A stretch of 64,000 bases of DNA. It comes from Eledone cirrhosa (lineage: Eukaryota). The stretch is from assembly GCA_964016885.1 (NCBI GenBank), contig OZ024752.1:44392001-44456000 (forward strand), in the 5' to 3' direction. The position numbers and the translations under genes are program-made. The notes under the pieces are model-generated. The model saw only the letters and a program-made list of their open reading frames with translations, made no database searches and was not told where the DNA came from. Positions 1 to 12,091 of the stretch are shown piece after piece (positions within the stretch are counted from its first letter, which is position 1; every line of letters starts with the position of its first letter).

Positions 1-838
1 AGTTATGTATATGCACTTATAGATATGTACGTGCAGATATGCACCTATAAGTATGTACATGTAGATATGTACATGCACGTATGTACATGTAGATATGTAC
101 ATGTAGATATGTACATGTAGATATGTACATGTAGATAGGCCAACATTGCTGTATCTAAAGCAATGTATCTGAGATCAAACAATTGAAATATTGGTTTCTG
201 AAATAAAAATTCATAGCAACATTCGATATTTTCCGATAATTTCCTCAAATCCACATGAAAACTAAGGATTGGATTTAATATTAAAGATTTTTCTAAAACA
301 ATTCAATTTCTTTCTTCTTCTCTATTTCTATTTCGGGATCTTTTCTCATAAAAGGAAAGACCAGTTGCAGGAATCGATTATATATAAATGTAGATAACTG
401 GAAAATATCAATAATGTGATTTCCTCTGAGTAGATAGCTGTCAGAACCGATCTTAGGATCCAACACATGTTTACTTTCTATCGAATATTAAACCATTTTA
501 AAAATTGATCTGTCCTGATGATGTTCCATTAAAAACATTTAAAAAAAATTATTTGATTATATATACCATAAATAAGTGTGTATATATATATATATATATC
601 AAATAATGAAAAAAGTAGGCGTGGGAAAGAGTGTATATATATATATATATATAATTTGCACTATATATATATATATATATATTGTTTTCTAACATAAACG
701 AGCTAAATAGATCATAGCGTTAGGAATGGGTTGATTTAAAGAACTGGACTAGAAATAAAGTGGTTAAAAATGTATACACACTTCAACAATAAGGAATGTG
801 ACATAATGAAGGAATTATTAAGAGAAAACTCCAGTTAC

Positions 839-1024
839 CTGCATAACACCTGAATCCAAAACACTATAAACCTTGTACAAGTATTTGTAATTTTATAAGA
901 ATTCCTTTTCTTCGTTTGAAAATAATTAAAGAAAGTAAAAAGAAACCAGGACGGATATTATTTGTGTTGTTAAAAGTCCAGGTGAGAAGTGGATTTATTC
1001 GTCGAAAGATTTGGTGAATTTCTT
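839..1024 (-). other. Candidate 5' exon (mostly UTR) ending ATG-CAG at a splice donor; the gene would continue off the left edge
   Basis: Minus-strand acceptor atgatttacag| at 1025 and donor atgcag|gtaact at 838. A CpG-containing unique island at about 1420-1690 upstream may be a promoter or first exon. Confidence 0.3.
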
Positions 1025-1087
1025 CTGTAAATCATATATTTACATGTTAACAACACATGTACAGACTACGGTATAGCAACTGGGTAT

Positions 1088-1181
1088 GTGGTCCTATATA
1101 TATATATATATATATGCGTGTGCGTATTTGGTCCTGTGTATATATATATGTGTGTGTGTGTGTGTGTATTTGATCCTGTGT

Positions 1182-1219
<38 letters not shown>

Positions 1220-1270
1220 ATTTGGTCCTGTATATATATATATATGTATTTGATCGTGTATATGTGTATG

Positions 1271-1339
<69 letters not shown>

Positions 1340-1352
1340 AAATGTGTATGTT

Positions 1353-1385
<33 letters not shown>

Positions 1386-1693
1386 TTATATATATATATG
1401 TATGTGTGTATATAGATAGAACGGTGTGGCCTGGTAGTAGTTTCTACTGGTCAGAGAAGACGAAGGAAAGAGAGAGAAACTGTGAGACTAGAACAACATT
1501 GTTGTAAATAGTGGCTGAATATTCCGTATAGAAGTTATGTTGTTTTACGTGAGAGAAGAGAGAAACTGTTTTGTTCTCCTCAACTCGGCCGATTCCAGTG
1601 AACGACGTTTCTCCTTCCTCAATACTGGGGAGGACAGCGAGGGGATGAGTTGTATAGAGGAGGAGGAGAACTAGAAAGTGCGCGCAAGTAAAA

Positions 1694-1724
<31 letters not shown>

Positions 1725-3052
1725 CAGGAGGAGGAAGAGAGGGAGGAAGAGTGTGTGAGAGAGGATAGGAGGCGGAAGAGTGTGTGTGTGTGTGAGAGAG
1801 AGAGATAGGAGGCGGAAGAGTGTGTGTGTGAGAGAGAGAGATAGGAGGAGGAAGAGAGTGTGTGTGTGTGTGTGAGAGAGAGATAGGAGGAGGAAGAGAG
1901 TGTGTGTGTGTGAGAAAGAGAGAGATAGGAGGAAAGAGTAAAGAACGTTAGAGAGAGAGGAAGAGAGTGTGTGTGAGAGAAAGAGAGAGAGAGGGATAGG
2001 AGGAGAAAAGAGTAAAGAACGTTAGAGAGAGTGTGTGTGAGAGAAAGAGAGAGAGAGGGATAGGAGGAGGAAAGAGTAAAGAAGGTTAGAGAGTGTAGGA
2101 CTCTATTTCTTCTCCTCTCTCTCTGATATAAACCCCAGTGTCCATGTCTTCCTCCCCCGTCCCTTATTTCACCTTATTTCATCACAGCACTGATGATAGC
2201 AGTAAACTATCTCTCTCTATAACATCTCTCTATATATATATATATATAATATCTCTCTCTCTATAATATCTCTCTCTCTATAACATCTCTCTCTCTATAT
2301 ATATAATATCTCTCTCTCTATAATATCTCTCTCTCTATAACATCTCTCTCTCTATATATATATATAATATCTCTCTCTCTATAATATATCTCTCTCTATA
2401 TATATAATATATCTCTCTCTATAATATATCTCTCTCTATATATATAATATATCTCTCTCTATATATATAATATCTCTCTCTATAACATCTCTCTCTCTAT
2501 AATATCTCTCTCTATATATAATATCTCTCTCTCTATAATATCTCTCTCTATAACATCTCTCTCTATAACATCTCTCTCTATAATATCTCTCTCTATATAT
2601 AATATCTCTCTCTCTATAACATCTCTCTCTCTATAATATCTCTCTCTCTATAATATCTCTCTCTCTATAATATCTCTCTATATATCTCTCTCTCTCTCAC
2701 ACAATCTCTCTCTAACGCCCCCCCCCCCTACCTCCCTCTCTCTCTCTCTATCCCCCCTCTCTCTCTCTATCCTCCCCTCTCTCTCTCTCTCTAAACAGGC
2801 TCCGCTGTGTCTCAGAAAGTAGTAACGTCCGCCTGGCCCACATCATAAACCTAAACTAGTTTAACGGGCATAAGGTGCACTAGGGACATTTCTAGTGTAG
2901 TAGTGGTAGTATTAGTGGTAGTGGTAGTAGTAGTAGTAGCAGCAGCAGCAGTAGTAGTATTGGTGGTAGTAGTAAACAATTGTTTATAAAGATAGTGAAC
3001 AAAGATCTGCAATCATTAGCAACATTTTTATTAGCATGTGTTTATATGTGTT

Positions 3053-3109
<57 letters not shown>

Positions 3110-3178
3110 ATATATATATATATGTGTGTGTGTGTGTATATATATATATATGTGTGTGTGTGTGTATATATATATATA

Positions 3179-3211
<33 letters not shown>

Positions 3212-3220
3212 GTGTGTGTG

Positions 3221-3251
<31 letters not shown>

Positions 3252-3300
3252 ATATATGTGTGTGTGTGTGTGTATATATGTGTGTGTGTGTGTGTATATA

Positions 3301-3333
<33 letters not shown>

Positions 3334-3394
3334 GTGTGTGTGTGTGTATATATATATGTGTGTGTGTGTATATATATATATATGTGTGTGTGTG

Positions 3395-3425
<31 letters not shown>

Positions 3426-3480
3426 ATATATATATGTGTGTGTGTGTATATATATATATGTGTGTGTGTGTGTGTATATA

Positions 3481-3519
<39 letters not shown>

Positions 3520-3675
3520 GTGTGTATATATATATATAGAGAGAGACACACACGTGTGTGTGTGTATATATATGTGTGTGTGTATTTATATATAGAGAGA
3601 GACACACATATGTGTGTATGCATATATATATACATGCATACACACGTGCGTGTATGCATGTATATATATATATAC
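1088..3675. repeat. Compound microsatellite blocks (TA/TG, GA-rich, CT/TATAA, TA/TG) with short unique islands
   Basis: Directly visible dinucleotide arrays at about 1095-1415, 1695-2095, 2205-2790 and 3045-3675. Confidence 0.95.
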
Positions 3676-3944
3676 AGATAAATTTACCACTCAGTGGTAG
3701 GGTCTAAACCGTATAAAGAACTCAATGTAATCCGTATGTAGATGTCGTGAAGCAAAGTTTAAAATACAAAAATGTTTATCAACGATATAATTCAATTGGA
3801 TACAGAGTCAAATTTTGTAATATGTTTTACATAGATCAATAATTGAATGAACATACAGGGAACTTCCCCCCCAGAAACGATCGTAAAATAATGTGTTTTA
3901 CTATGAATTAACAGTTTTGTGTTTAATTTCATTGTTTTAATATT

Positions 3945-3950
<6 letters not shown>
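3676..3950. mobile_element. Rearranged copy of the Penelope-like family at 25569-26131, retaining only the 3' half of the hammerhead
   Basis: gataaatttaccac...cgtataaagaactcaat...tacagagtcaa resembles the reverse complement of 26000-26131. It is followed by GAAACGATCGTAaaataat, which matches 25914-25932. Confidence 0.6.
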
Positions 3951-3979
<29 letters not shown>

Positions 3980-4729
3980 GTGTGTGTGTAATGCAATTAC
4001 GAATTAATGAATGGGTGTATACATGCTTGTTCATAAACACTCTAATATATACATTATATATATGCTTGTTTATATATACTCTAATATATACAGTATATAC
4101 ATACTTGTCCCTATATAAACACCCTAGGATTTATAAACAAGGGGTTAAATTAAAAAGTAGAACAAGAAAGCTGACTTAAGATCATCCATCATCTTATACC
4201 ATTGGAAGTATTTTGTCGGTAGTTAAATAAATGTTCCTTGCTATCACCTTTAAAAGTCTTCTAGCTAAAAGAACCAGTTTTCTTTTACTTTCAATAAGAA
4301 TTTATTCTAGCTATTGGATTTTAGAATATATTATTTCCATTCAATAAATTAAGTGTATCACAGGTTTCTTTAGAATTCTCAAATTCTTGAGCATTAAATG
4401 GAAGTTTTTATATTTTCATTGCTCATCTATCAAAAGTTTTTTTTTTTAAATTCAGGAAAAATTGCATATCATCAAGTTGGGGGCCAAAGTTAGGAAATTT
4501 AGGGGTTGAATCAAAAGATGAGTCATGACCATACTTCGTAACTATACTGAAGGGTCAAACTAGAAGAGATGGATGTAGGGTAGTGAGTTGGGGCAGTAAC
4601 GGGACAGGATGGTAAGATAGGGGTAAAGGAAAAGTAGTCGGGGGTAAGGTTAGATAGAAGACATAAGAGCAGAGGGTTGTATCTGTAACTGATGAGTGGC
4701 AGCACAAACTGTGAGGTAAGAGACCACCT

Positions 4730-5995
4730 TATGTGACTGGCTATCAGGGAGTGAGTGAGGGTTACTGAGGTTTTGTGAGGTGTGACTGGCTATCAGGGAG
4801 TGAGTGAGTGAGGGTTACTGAGGTTTTGTGAGGTGTGACTGGCTATCTGAGACTGTGTCGGGGTTACTGAGGTTTTGTGAGGTGTGACTGGCTATCTGAG
4901 ACTGTGTCGGGGTTACTAAGGTTTTGTGAGGTGTGACTGGCTATCTGAGACTGTCAGGGTTACTGAGGTTTTGTGAGGTGTGACTGGCTATCTGAGACTG
5001 TCAGGGTTACTGAGGTTTTGTGAGGTGTGACTGGCTATCTGAGACTGTGTCAGGGTTACTGAGGTTTTGTGAGGTGTGACTGGCTATCTGAGACTGTCAG
5101 GGTTACTGAGGTTTTGTGAGGTGTGACTGGCTATTTGAGACTGTCAGGGTTACTGAGGCTTTGTGATGTGTGACTGGCTATCTGAGACTGTCAGGTTTAC
5201 TGAGGTTTTGTGAGGTGTGACTGGCTATTTGAGACTGTCAGGGTTACTGAGGCTTTGTGATGTGTGACTGGCTATCTGAGACTGTCAGGTTTACTGAGGT
5301 TTTGTGAGGTGTGACTGGCTATTTGAGACTGTCAGGGTTACTGAGGCTTTGTGATGTGTGACTGGCTATCTGAGACTGTCAGGTTTACTGAGGTTTTGTG
5401 AGGTGTGACTGGCTATTTGAGACTGTGTCAGGGTTACTGAGGTTTTGTGAGGTGTGACTGGCTATCTGAGACTGTCAGGTTTACTGAGGCTTTGTGAGGT
5501 GTGACTGGCTATCTGAGACTGTCAGGTTTACTGAGGTTTTGTGAGGTGTGACTGGCTATCTGAGACTGTGTCAGGGTTACTGAGGTTTTGTGAGGTGTGA
5601 CTGGCTATCTGAGACTGTCAGGTTTACTGAGGTTTTGTGAGGTGTGACTGGCTATCTGAGACTGTCAGGTTTACTGAGGCTTTGTGAGGTGTGACTGGCT
5701 ATCTGATACTGTCAGGTTTACTGAGGTTTTGTGAGGTGTGACTGGCTATCTGAGACTGTGTCAGGGTTACTGAGGTTTTGTGAGGTGTGACTGGCTATCT
5801 GAGACTGTCAGGTTTACTGAGGTTTTGTGAGGTGTGACTGGCTATTTGAGACTGTCAGGGTTACTGAGGTTTTGTGAGGTGTGACTGGCTATCTGAGACT
5901 GTCAGGTTTACTGAGGCTTTGTGAGGTGTGACTGGCTATCTGAGACTGTCAGGTTTACTGAGGTTTTGTGAGGTGTGACTGGCTATTTGAGACAT
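4730..5995 (+). repeat. Minisatellite, 47-49 bp unit, about 26 copies
   Basis: Unit ggttactgaggttttgtgaggtgtgactggctatctgagactgtcag. Confidence 0.95.
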
Positions 5996-6079
5996 ATCTG
6001 CCATTGTTGTGTTGACTCCATTGGTGAGCTGACCAACCATTATTCAGGATAAAATACCAGTTTTATCTCTTTACTTTAA

Positions 6080-6282
6080 CCCTTTACTATTTACATTACT
6101 CTATACTATTGTATTTTCAAGGTAAAGGCTTTATCTCACATAATATTGAAGCTATGAGATTTTGATATTTTTTATTTTGAGAACAATACCTTAATATTAA
6201 TATGAGTGGCCAGTTACAGCCAGTTTGAAGAGAAAAAGGTGAGAGAATTCTAGCCAGATACGGCTGGTTTAAATGGCAAAGG
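6080..6282. mobile_element. piggyBac-type MITE; related copies at about 15150-15260, 17245-17490, 29155-29225, 30450-30685 and 53920-53985
   Basis: TTAA on both sides, imperfect termini CCCTTTAct.ttta / taaatggcaaagg, and a body shared with the other copies (ttttgagaacaataccttaa, gccagatacggctggtttaaatg). Confidence 0.7.
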
Positions 6283-6835
6283 TTAATGGGTTATGTTACT
6301 GTGATGGAATTTGTTGAGTAAATCAGGTCAAATGTACTGCAATATGAGTCCAACAGAAGTCTTTTCTTTAACTGGAATTTTATGAAGCAGTTTTACTGTA
6401 TTGTTATCCAGTTAACATTTATTCTCTTAAACCATTTAATAGGTTTATAGTCATCTCTAGACTACATGTCTACAATAATAACATAACCAGGTCTACACAT
6501 ATACATGGTTTATGTGTAGGCCTGTACACATACACCCTCTCTCTCTCACACACACACACATATACATGGTTGTATGTGTACAGCTGTACACAACCTCTCT
6601 CACACACATATATATATGTTTGTATGAGTACGGCTGTACACATGCATCCCTCCCCCCTATCTCTCGATATCTAAAGAGAATCTGCTCTGATGCTTCAACC
6701 TTCCGTTTTTTTAATAGCTCTTCTGTCTGTTTTAGTGATTTTTCAGCTCTACTTGTGTGTATTTTATATATACACATATATATACATAAATACATATATA
6801 CACATACACACATACATGTACATAATACACAGATG

Positions 6836-6884
<49 letters not shown>

Positions 6885-7230
6885 GAGAGAGAGAGAGAGA
6901 GAGAGAGCAGCTCAAAGCACCCCACCATATAATAATATTGACATTGTCTTTACAACAATATTTCCAGGGTCCTCTCTAAATGTGAGATGTGTGTTAATAT
7001 TGTTTTGATGTTGAACCCTAATTTACTTCTCACATTGACTTCATTAACAACAGGAAGATGCCTACTTTCTCTTGGACTAAGTCTTCAATTTCATGCCTGC
7101 CTGAGTAAGCAGTTAAAAGCATTACTGGCTCTTCTTCTTCTTGTATTTCTGTTGACAAGGGAAACCTATTAATGTTTCATCATTACTTTTAAGATGATAG
7201 ACTTCACTGGTTATAGCTGACTTCTTTATC

Positions 7231-7430
7231 TTTAGACCTCACCCCTTCCTTGTGGCTACACTGTACTGAATAAAACACAGTTTAGACCTCACCCCTTCCT
7301 TGTGGCTACACTGTACAGAATAAAACACAGTTTAGACCTCACCCCTTCCTTGTGGCTGCACTGTACAGAATAAAACACAGTTTAGACCTCACCCCTTCCT
7401 TGTGGCTACACTGTACAGAATAAAACACAC
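7231..7430 (+). repeat. Tandem repeat, 50 bp x4
   Basis: Unit tttagacctcaccccttccttgtggctacactgtacagaataaaacacag. Confidence 0.95.
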
Positions 7431-9017
7431 ACATTCTCTACACACTGGCTGCTACTTAAACACACACACACTGCACTACACACTGGCTTCTACTCTCTTT
7501 ACAGAGTCCCAAGTGTCTTTTTATGTTTTAGATTGACATGAGAGGAGGTAAAAATGATGTGAAAATTTACAGCTCAACCTACATTCCCCAGAGTTTCTCA
7601 TCTGTTATTCATTATATGGTAGTTATATGTCATCAACAGTTTTTTTTTATCTCACCACCCTGTTCATTGATCTGACCCCAGTTTAAATAACCTAGTAGGG
7701 TTCCTTCTTAATCTTTACAACAAATACATCTCCTTGTCTACTTGTTTAGGACTACAGTTTCACTTGGAGACTCAAATATTCTTATATTACTAATTGTTTA
7801 AGATATTTTACCAAAGCTGAAATGTTATAACTTGTTCTCCTTTTTTGTGTATCATTTGAAGTATTAAATAACTTTTTGATTTCTTTCTAAACCAAGGAAT
7901 GAATTATTTTTTTTATATATTTACTGTATTTTAGTTTAGTTTGTTCTAGAAATATCTACATAAATGTTGATACAATATAGTTACAATATAAATGATATAA
8001 AACTATGATTGTATAATATATAAATGTTGATACAATATAGTCACAATATAAATGATATAAAATTATGATTGTATTATATATAAATGTTGATATGATATAA
8101 AACTATGATTGTATTATATATAATGGTTGATACCATATAATTATACAATATAGTTACAATATAAATGCTGTAAAACTATGATATATATAACAAGTTTACA
8201 TCATAAAAGGTGTAATTATGTCTTGAAGTAAATAAGAACTATTTTGTGATATCTAATATAAATGTTTGAAATGTGTGGGAAGTGAGTTGACAATATATTA
8301 CTGGGGAGGGGATAGGGGGACATTTTAGACATTTTAAAAATAAACAAAAAACACTCTGTTAACCATTTAATAAATTTAATAGGTTTTTCCTGTGAAGATA
8401 TTTTGATACCATCGGAATATTGAAACATTGATATCTCAGTAACAAAAGATTGTTGTTCTGTTGTATTATGTAAATTCTATTAGATATTTCTCTCTGATAG
8501 CAAGAGTTGTTAATATATTTCATGAGAGAATACTTGGAAATATCTAGAGCAGTGGATAGGGGGGTGGGTAGGTACTGGTGTGTTGTTGTTGTTGGTGGTG
8601 GGTGGGGGCTGGTTTGTTGTTGGAGGGTGGGGGTTGGTTTGTTGTTGTTTTGGAATTAATTTCAGAAATTCCTTCCTCGTACATGTAACATTGTGTTTAG
8701 ATTGAAAAATGTTAAGAAAAGAAAAGTAGTAGAGTAAAAAATGGAAAGTGATGGGACACATATTTAAGTGATGAGTTAAAAGTTGACAGGAACATAGTTA
8801 CAATAGACTTCTTCATAGAAATACCTTAAAAAAGAATGGCAAAAATTAGTGAAGAATATTACAGACGTTCTTCCTATTTTAACTGTCAGTTCTGAAGAAA
8901 TGTATAACTTCAACTCCATTTAACAAAGTAAGTCGGCTTTCTTTCTTTTTTTTTTTTTAATTCCTATAAAAATGTTGAAGAAATACTGAAGAGAAGATAT
9001 TTTATTTGAGTTCTTAC

Positions 9018-9191
9018 AATGTCCTTTGTCTCCTTGAATGACTGAGCAAACCTCCAGCGGAAATTATCTTCAGTTAGAATTGCCTAAACAATGTAAATCG
9101 TAGTAGTTGATAGATTTTAACTTTGTTTGTCTCAGCAGAACGGTTTCTATTGATAAAGTATAGCATTAGTAACTTGGCCTCTACATTAATG

Positions 9192-9223
<32 letters not shown>

Positions 9224-10145
9224 GGTGGTGGTGTTGTTTCATAACTCTTCCTCTTGTAACTCTTGGCTCCAATGGAACTGGTGTTGCGTTTCTACTTTTT
9301 AATATATATGTTATTGTTTTTTTTTAATAACATATACATTATACATTTGAAGTGTGTGTGTAGGTAGGTGGGTGGGTAGGTATGTATGTAGGTGGGTGGG
9401 TAGGTAGGTAGGTAGATAGATATATTTCTTTATTAGCCACAAGGGCGCACAAGAAAAGGGGACAATACAAAGACATGCCGGGGATTTTACATACAGTCGT
9501 GTAAAAAATATAAAAACAAACAATTACAACAATCGAAATCCCCAATAGGGGGGAGGCACCACAAATGGGTTGTTTAATACCCCGTCGATAGAACAACCCT
9601 CAACTCCAGGAGCGTGTTGTGCAAGTGCTCCTTTCTACCTTTTGCTCTCTTCCTCAACCTACAGGCTTATAAACAGAGAAGGCCCAATCACTCGGGCCAT
9701 TTTTGCTTCATTCACCCACCTTTCAGTAAATTTACTGGGGTGCAGTGCCTCTCTCTCCACCCTGATTCTACTTCTAAAGAGATACTTAAAGAAGGGAATC
9801 AATTGTTGTCCGGAGAGAAAGGCATCTCTCCTCAGATAGATAGATAGATAAATAGGTAGGTAGGTGGGTGGGTGGGTAGGTAGGTAGGTAGGTGGGTGGG
9901 TGGATAGGTAGAGAGGCATATATAGAGGGATGGGTATATAATAGGTAGAGAGGTAGTGTGTTACTGTATTTTATCGCTGTAAGCTTCTTTGTAAAATATC
10001 TACCAGCTGGAAAACCAGAATAAGTGGTCAAAATCGATTTTGTATCAATGTGAGACAGATCCTTATCTTCGGGTAAAGGCTTTAAGTTACAGCCCGCTGT
10101 GAATGATAATTTTGGTGATCAGTGTATCAATTTAATGATACATGC
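9018..10145 (-). pseudogene. Three exon-like segments of a possibly decayed minus-strand gene
   Basis: 10145-9965 reads ACIIKLIH*SPKLSFTAGCNLKPLPEDKDLSHIDTKSILTTYSGFPAGRYFTKKLTAIKY. A phase-compatible segment from about 9291 reads KTQHQFHWSQELQEEEL*NN. 9083-9018 is an open 66-nt exon, AILTEDNFRWRFAQSFKETKDI, with tttag| and |gtaaga signals. Confidence 0.4.
9420..9835 (-). mobile_element. 5'-truncated 3' end of a non-LTR retrotransposon (L1/Tx1-like C-terminus plus 3' UTR)
   Basis: ORF end FLSGQQLIPFFKYLFRSRIRVEREALHPSKFTERWVNEAKMARVIGPSLFISL*, then a UTR ending aataaagaaat. TAGA/TAGG microsatellite lies on both sides. Confidence 0.55.
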
Positions 10146-10232
10146 CTTAGAAATTATATAAAGCAGGCTTGTTTCAGACTTAATGTCACTTTGGCTTAAT
10201 GCTATCCACAGACACCCTTATGTAAGAATATA

Positions 10233-10292
<60 letters not shown>

Positions 10293-10722
10293 TATAAGAG
10301 AATGTGGCTGGGATATGAGTCATGCTATATCTTAACCATAAAACTTTTTACAGCTTATCTCCTGATTCTGTGTCACTGTGGCAATAATGATATCGCCACA
10401 TTTTTTATATTGTTATTTCTATACTTCTCTGGTGGCTTTATATTTATTACACAACATCAATGATGTGGTTGAAGTGGTAATGGCGGTGGTGTGGTGGTGG
10501 TGGTGGTGGCGGTGGTGTGGTGGTGGTGGTGAACTTCTGTGCTATTCAACTGTTTGTTCTTCAATAAACTTTAGCTCCATCACAAACATGGCCGTCTTCC
10601 AACAACAACAACAACAACAACACCAGTATTCGTTTACATAAGTTCAAATTCAGTCCATGATTTTGAATTTATTGAATATAAATAATAATAATATATGGTT
10701 ATTTACTTTTCTCTTACTACAG

Positions 10723-11004
10723 AAAGCAAATCATTATTTTTCAAATATAACAAATTCTGTATTCACCAAAATATTGTAGATTCTTTTATAAATTGAAGAA
10801 AAAAAATATGTAGAAATTGAGAATCAGCAAATTAATTACTTGAATATGGGAAATTTAAACCGTAGTGGTACATTTACCCATGGTTGGGAACCTTTAAATT
10901 ATTTTATTCTACCCTACCCCAGACAGATGAAAGATATATTTCATGAACAGAATTTCAGAATGTCTAAATTGAGAGCAATCAAACTCTATATAGAACAGAT
11001 CTAA
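10723..11004 (+). pseudogene. Exon-like segment with two premature stops
   Basis: Strong acceptor atttacttttctcttactacag|, then one frame KANHYFSNITNSVFTKIL*ILL*IEEKKYVEIENQQ...KLRAIKLYIEQI*, of which 70 codons are open. Confidence 0.35.
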
Positions 11005-11544
11005 TCTAATCTAAGTTTATTATCTTCTACATTTAGACAATATGTCATTTCAATAATATTAAATCTTATCTTTTTTTAAATCTAATTTTTTGTGTTTATA
11101 TTTGTATTATATGTTGTGTCTTTACTCAGTAAGCATTATATTATATTTTTATACAACTGTGAATAAAAGACAATTTAATTTATCTCAGTAGTTTGAAAAT
11201 CTAAGAAGAAATAAGTAGAAATTATCAACTTTATAATCTTTGATCAGTTAATTACAATTATTTCATGTTTTATTTGTTGGTTAACATTTCAATAATATAA
11301 GTAAAACAATTATTGAACTAAAGTTTGAGATTTCAATTTTAAAATGTCTCTTTCAATTAGATTTCAATAAATTAATTGTTAATGAATTTGATAAATAGGT
11401 TTCTTGGTTTTCTGCATCTTTGAGAAGAAATTCAAATTCAAATTAGTCAGCCTGTTGTATAACTGCCAAACATTTTACAGATAATATGGAGTTAAATGTT
11501 AATAAAACTACAACAGATAAGGTTTTATTGATACACTCTATATG

Positions 11545-11750
11545 TATGTAAAGTGGTCGTGTTGGGGTCACAAAAAGAACCCAGTCCACACTGTAAAGTG
11601 GTTGGTGTTACGAAGGGCATCTAGCTTTAGAAACCAAGCCAGAAACATAAGCAAGACATGGTCAGCTGATCTGGTTTGTCTCACAACAGGACAACTTGTG
11701 TAACCCATGTTAGCGTAGAAAGATGGACGTTAATCAGTGATGAGGATGAT
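11545..11750 (+). mobile_element. SINE 3' part with RTE-type tail
   Basis: gaagggcatctagctttagaaacc...catgttagcgtagaaagatggacgttaa followed by a gat-repeat tail. Confidence 0.7.
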
Positions 11751-11778
11751 ATAGATAAATATATGTTGTATGCTGCTA

Positions 11779-12091
11779 TCATCATCATCATTTTACGTCC
11801 GCTTTTCCCTGCTTGCAAGGGTGGGACGGGAACTGATTCTGGCTTGATTTCTACAGCTGGATGCCCTTCCTAACACCAACCTCATTTCCAGTGAGTGCTG
11901 GGTGCTTTTTTTCCGGGGCACCTCCACGATCACTTTGCAGTGGAATGATAGGGACCCCAGCTGAGTAAACTGGAGCAATATGAAATAAAGTGTCTTGCTC
12001 AAGGAAACAACACAGCACCCGGTCTGAGAATTGAACTCACAACCTTTCGATTGCAAGGCCAATGCTCTAACCACTAAGCCATGTGCCTCCA
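11779..12091 (-). mobile_element. Near full-length tRNA-headed SINE with RTE-type 3' tail (family B)
   Basis: Minus strand: ggaggcacatggcttagtggttagagc (A box), gagttcaattc (B box), gtttccttgagcaagacactttatttc core, gaagggcatccagctgtagaaa, (GAT)n tail. Confidence 0.85.

Noticed and set aside
4730-5995. Regular array resembling CRISPR or telomeric repeat
   Set aside because: Head-to-tail units with no unique spacers, and not a TTAGG(G) array.
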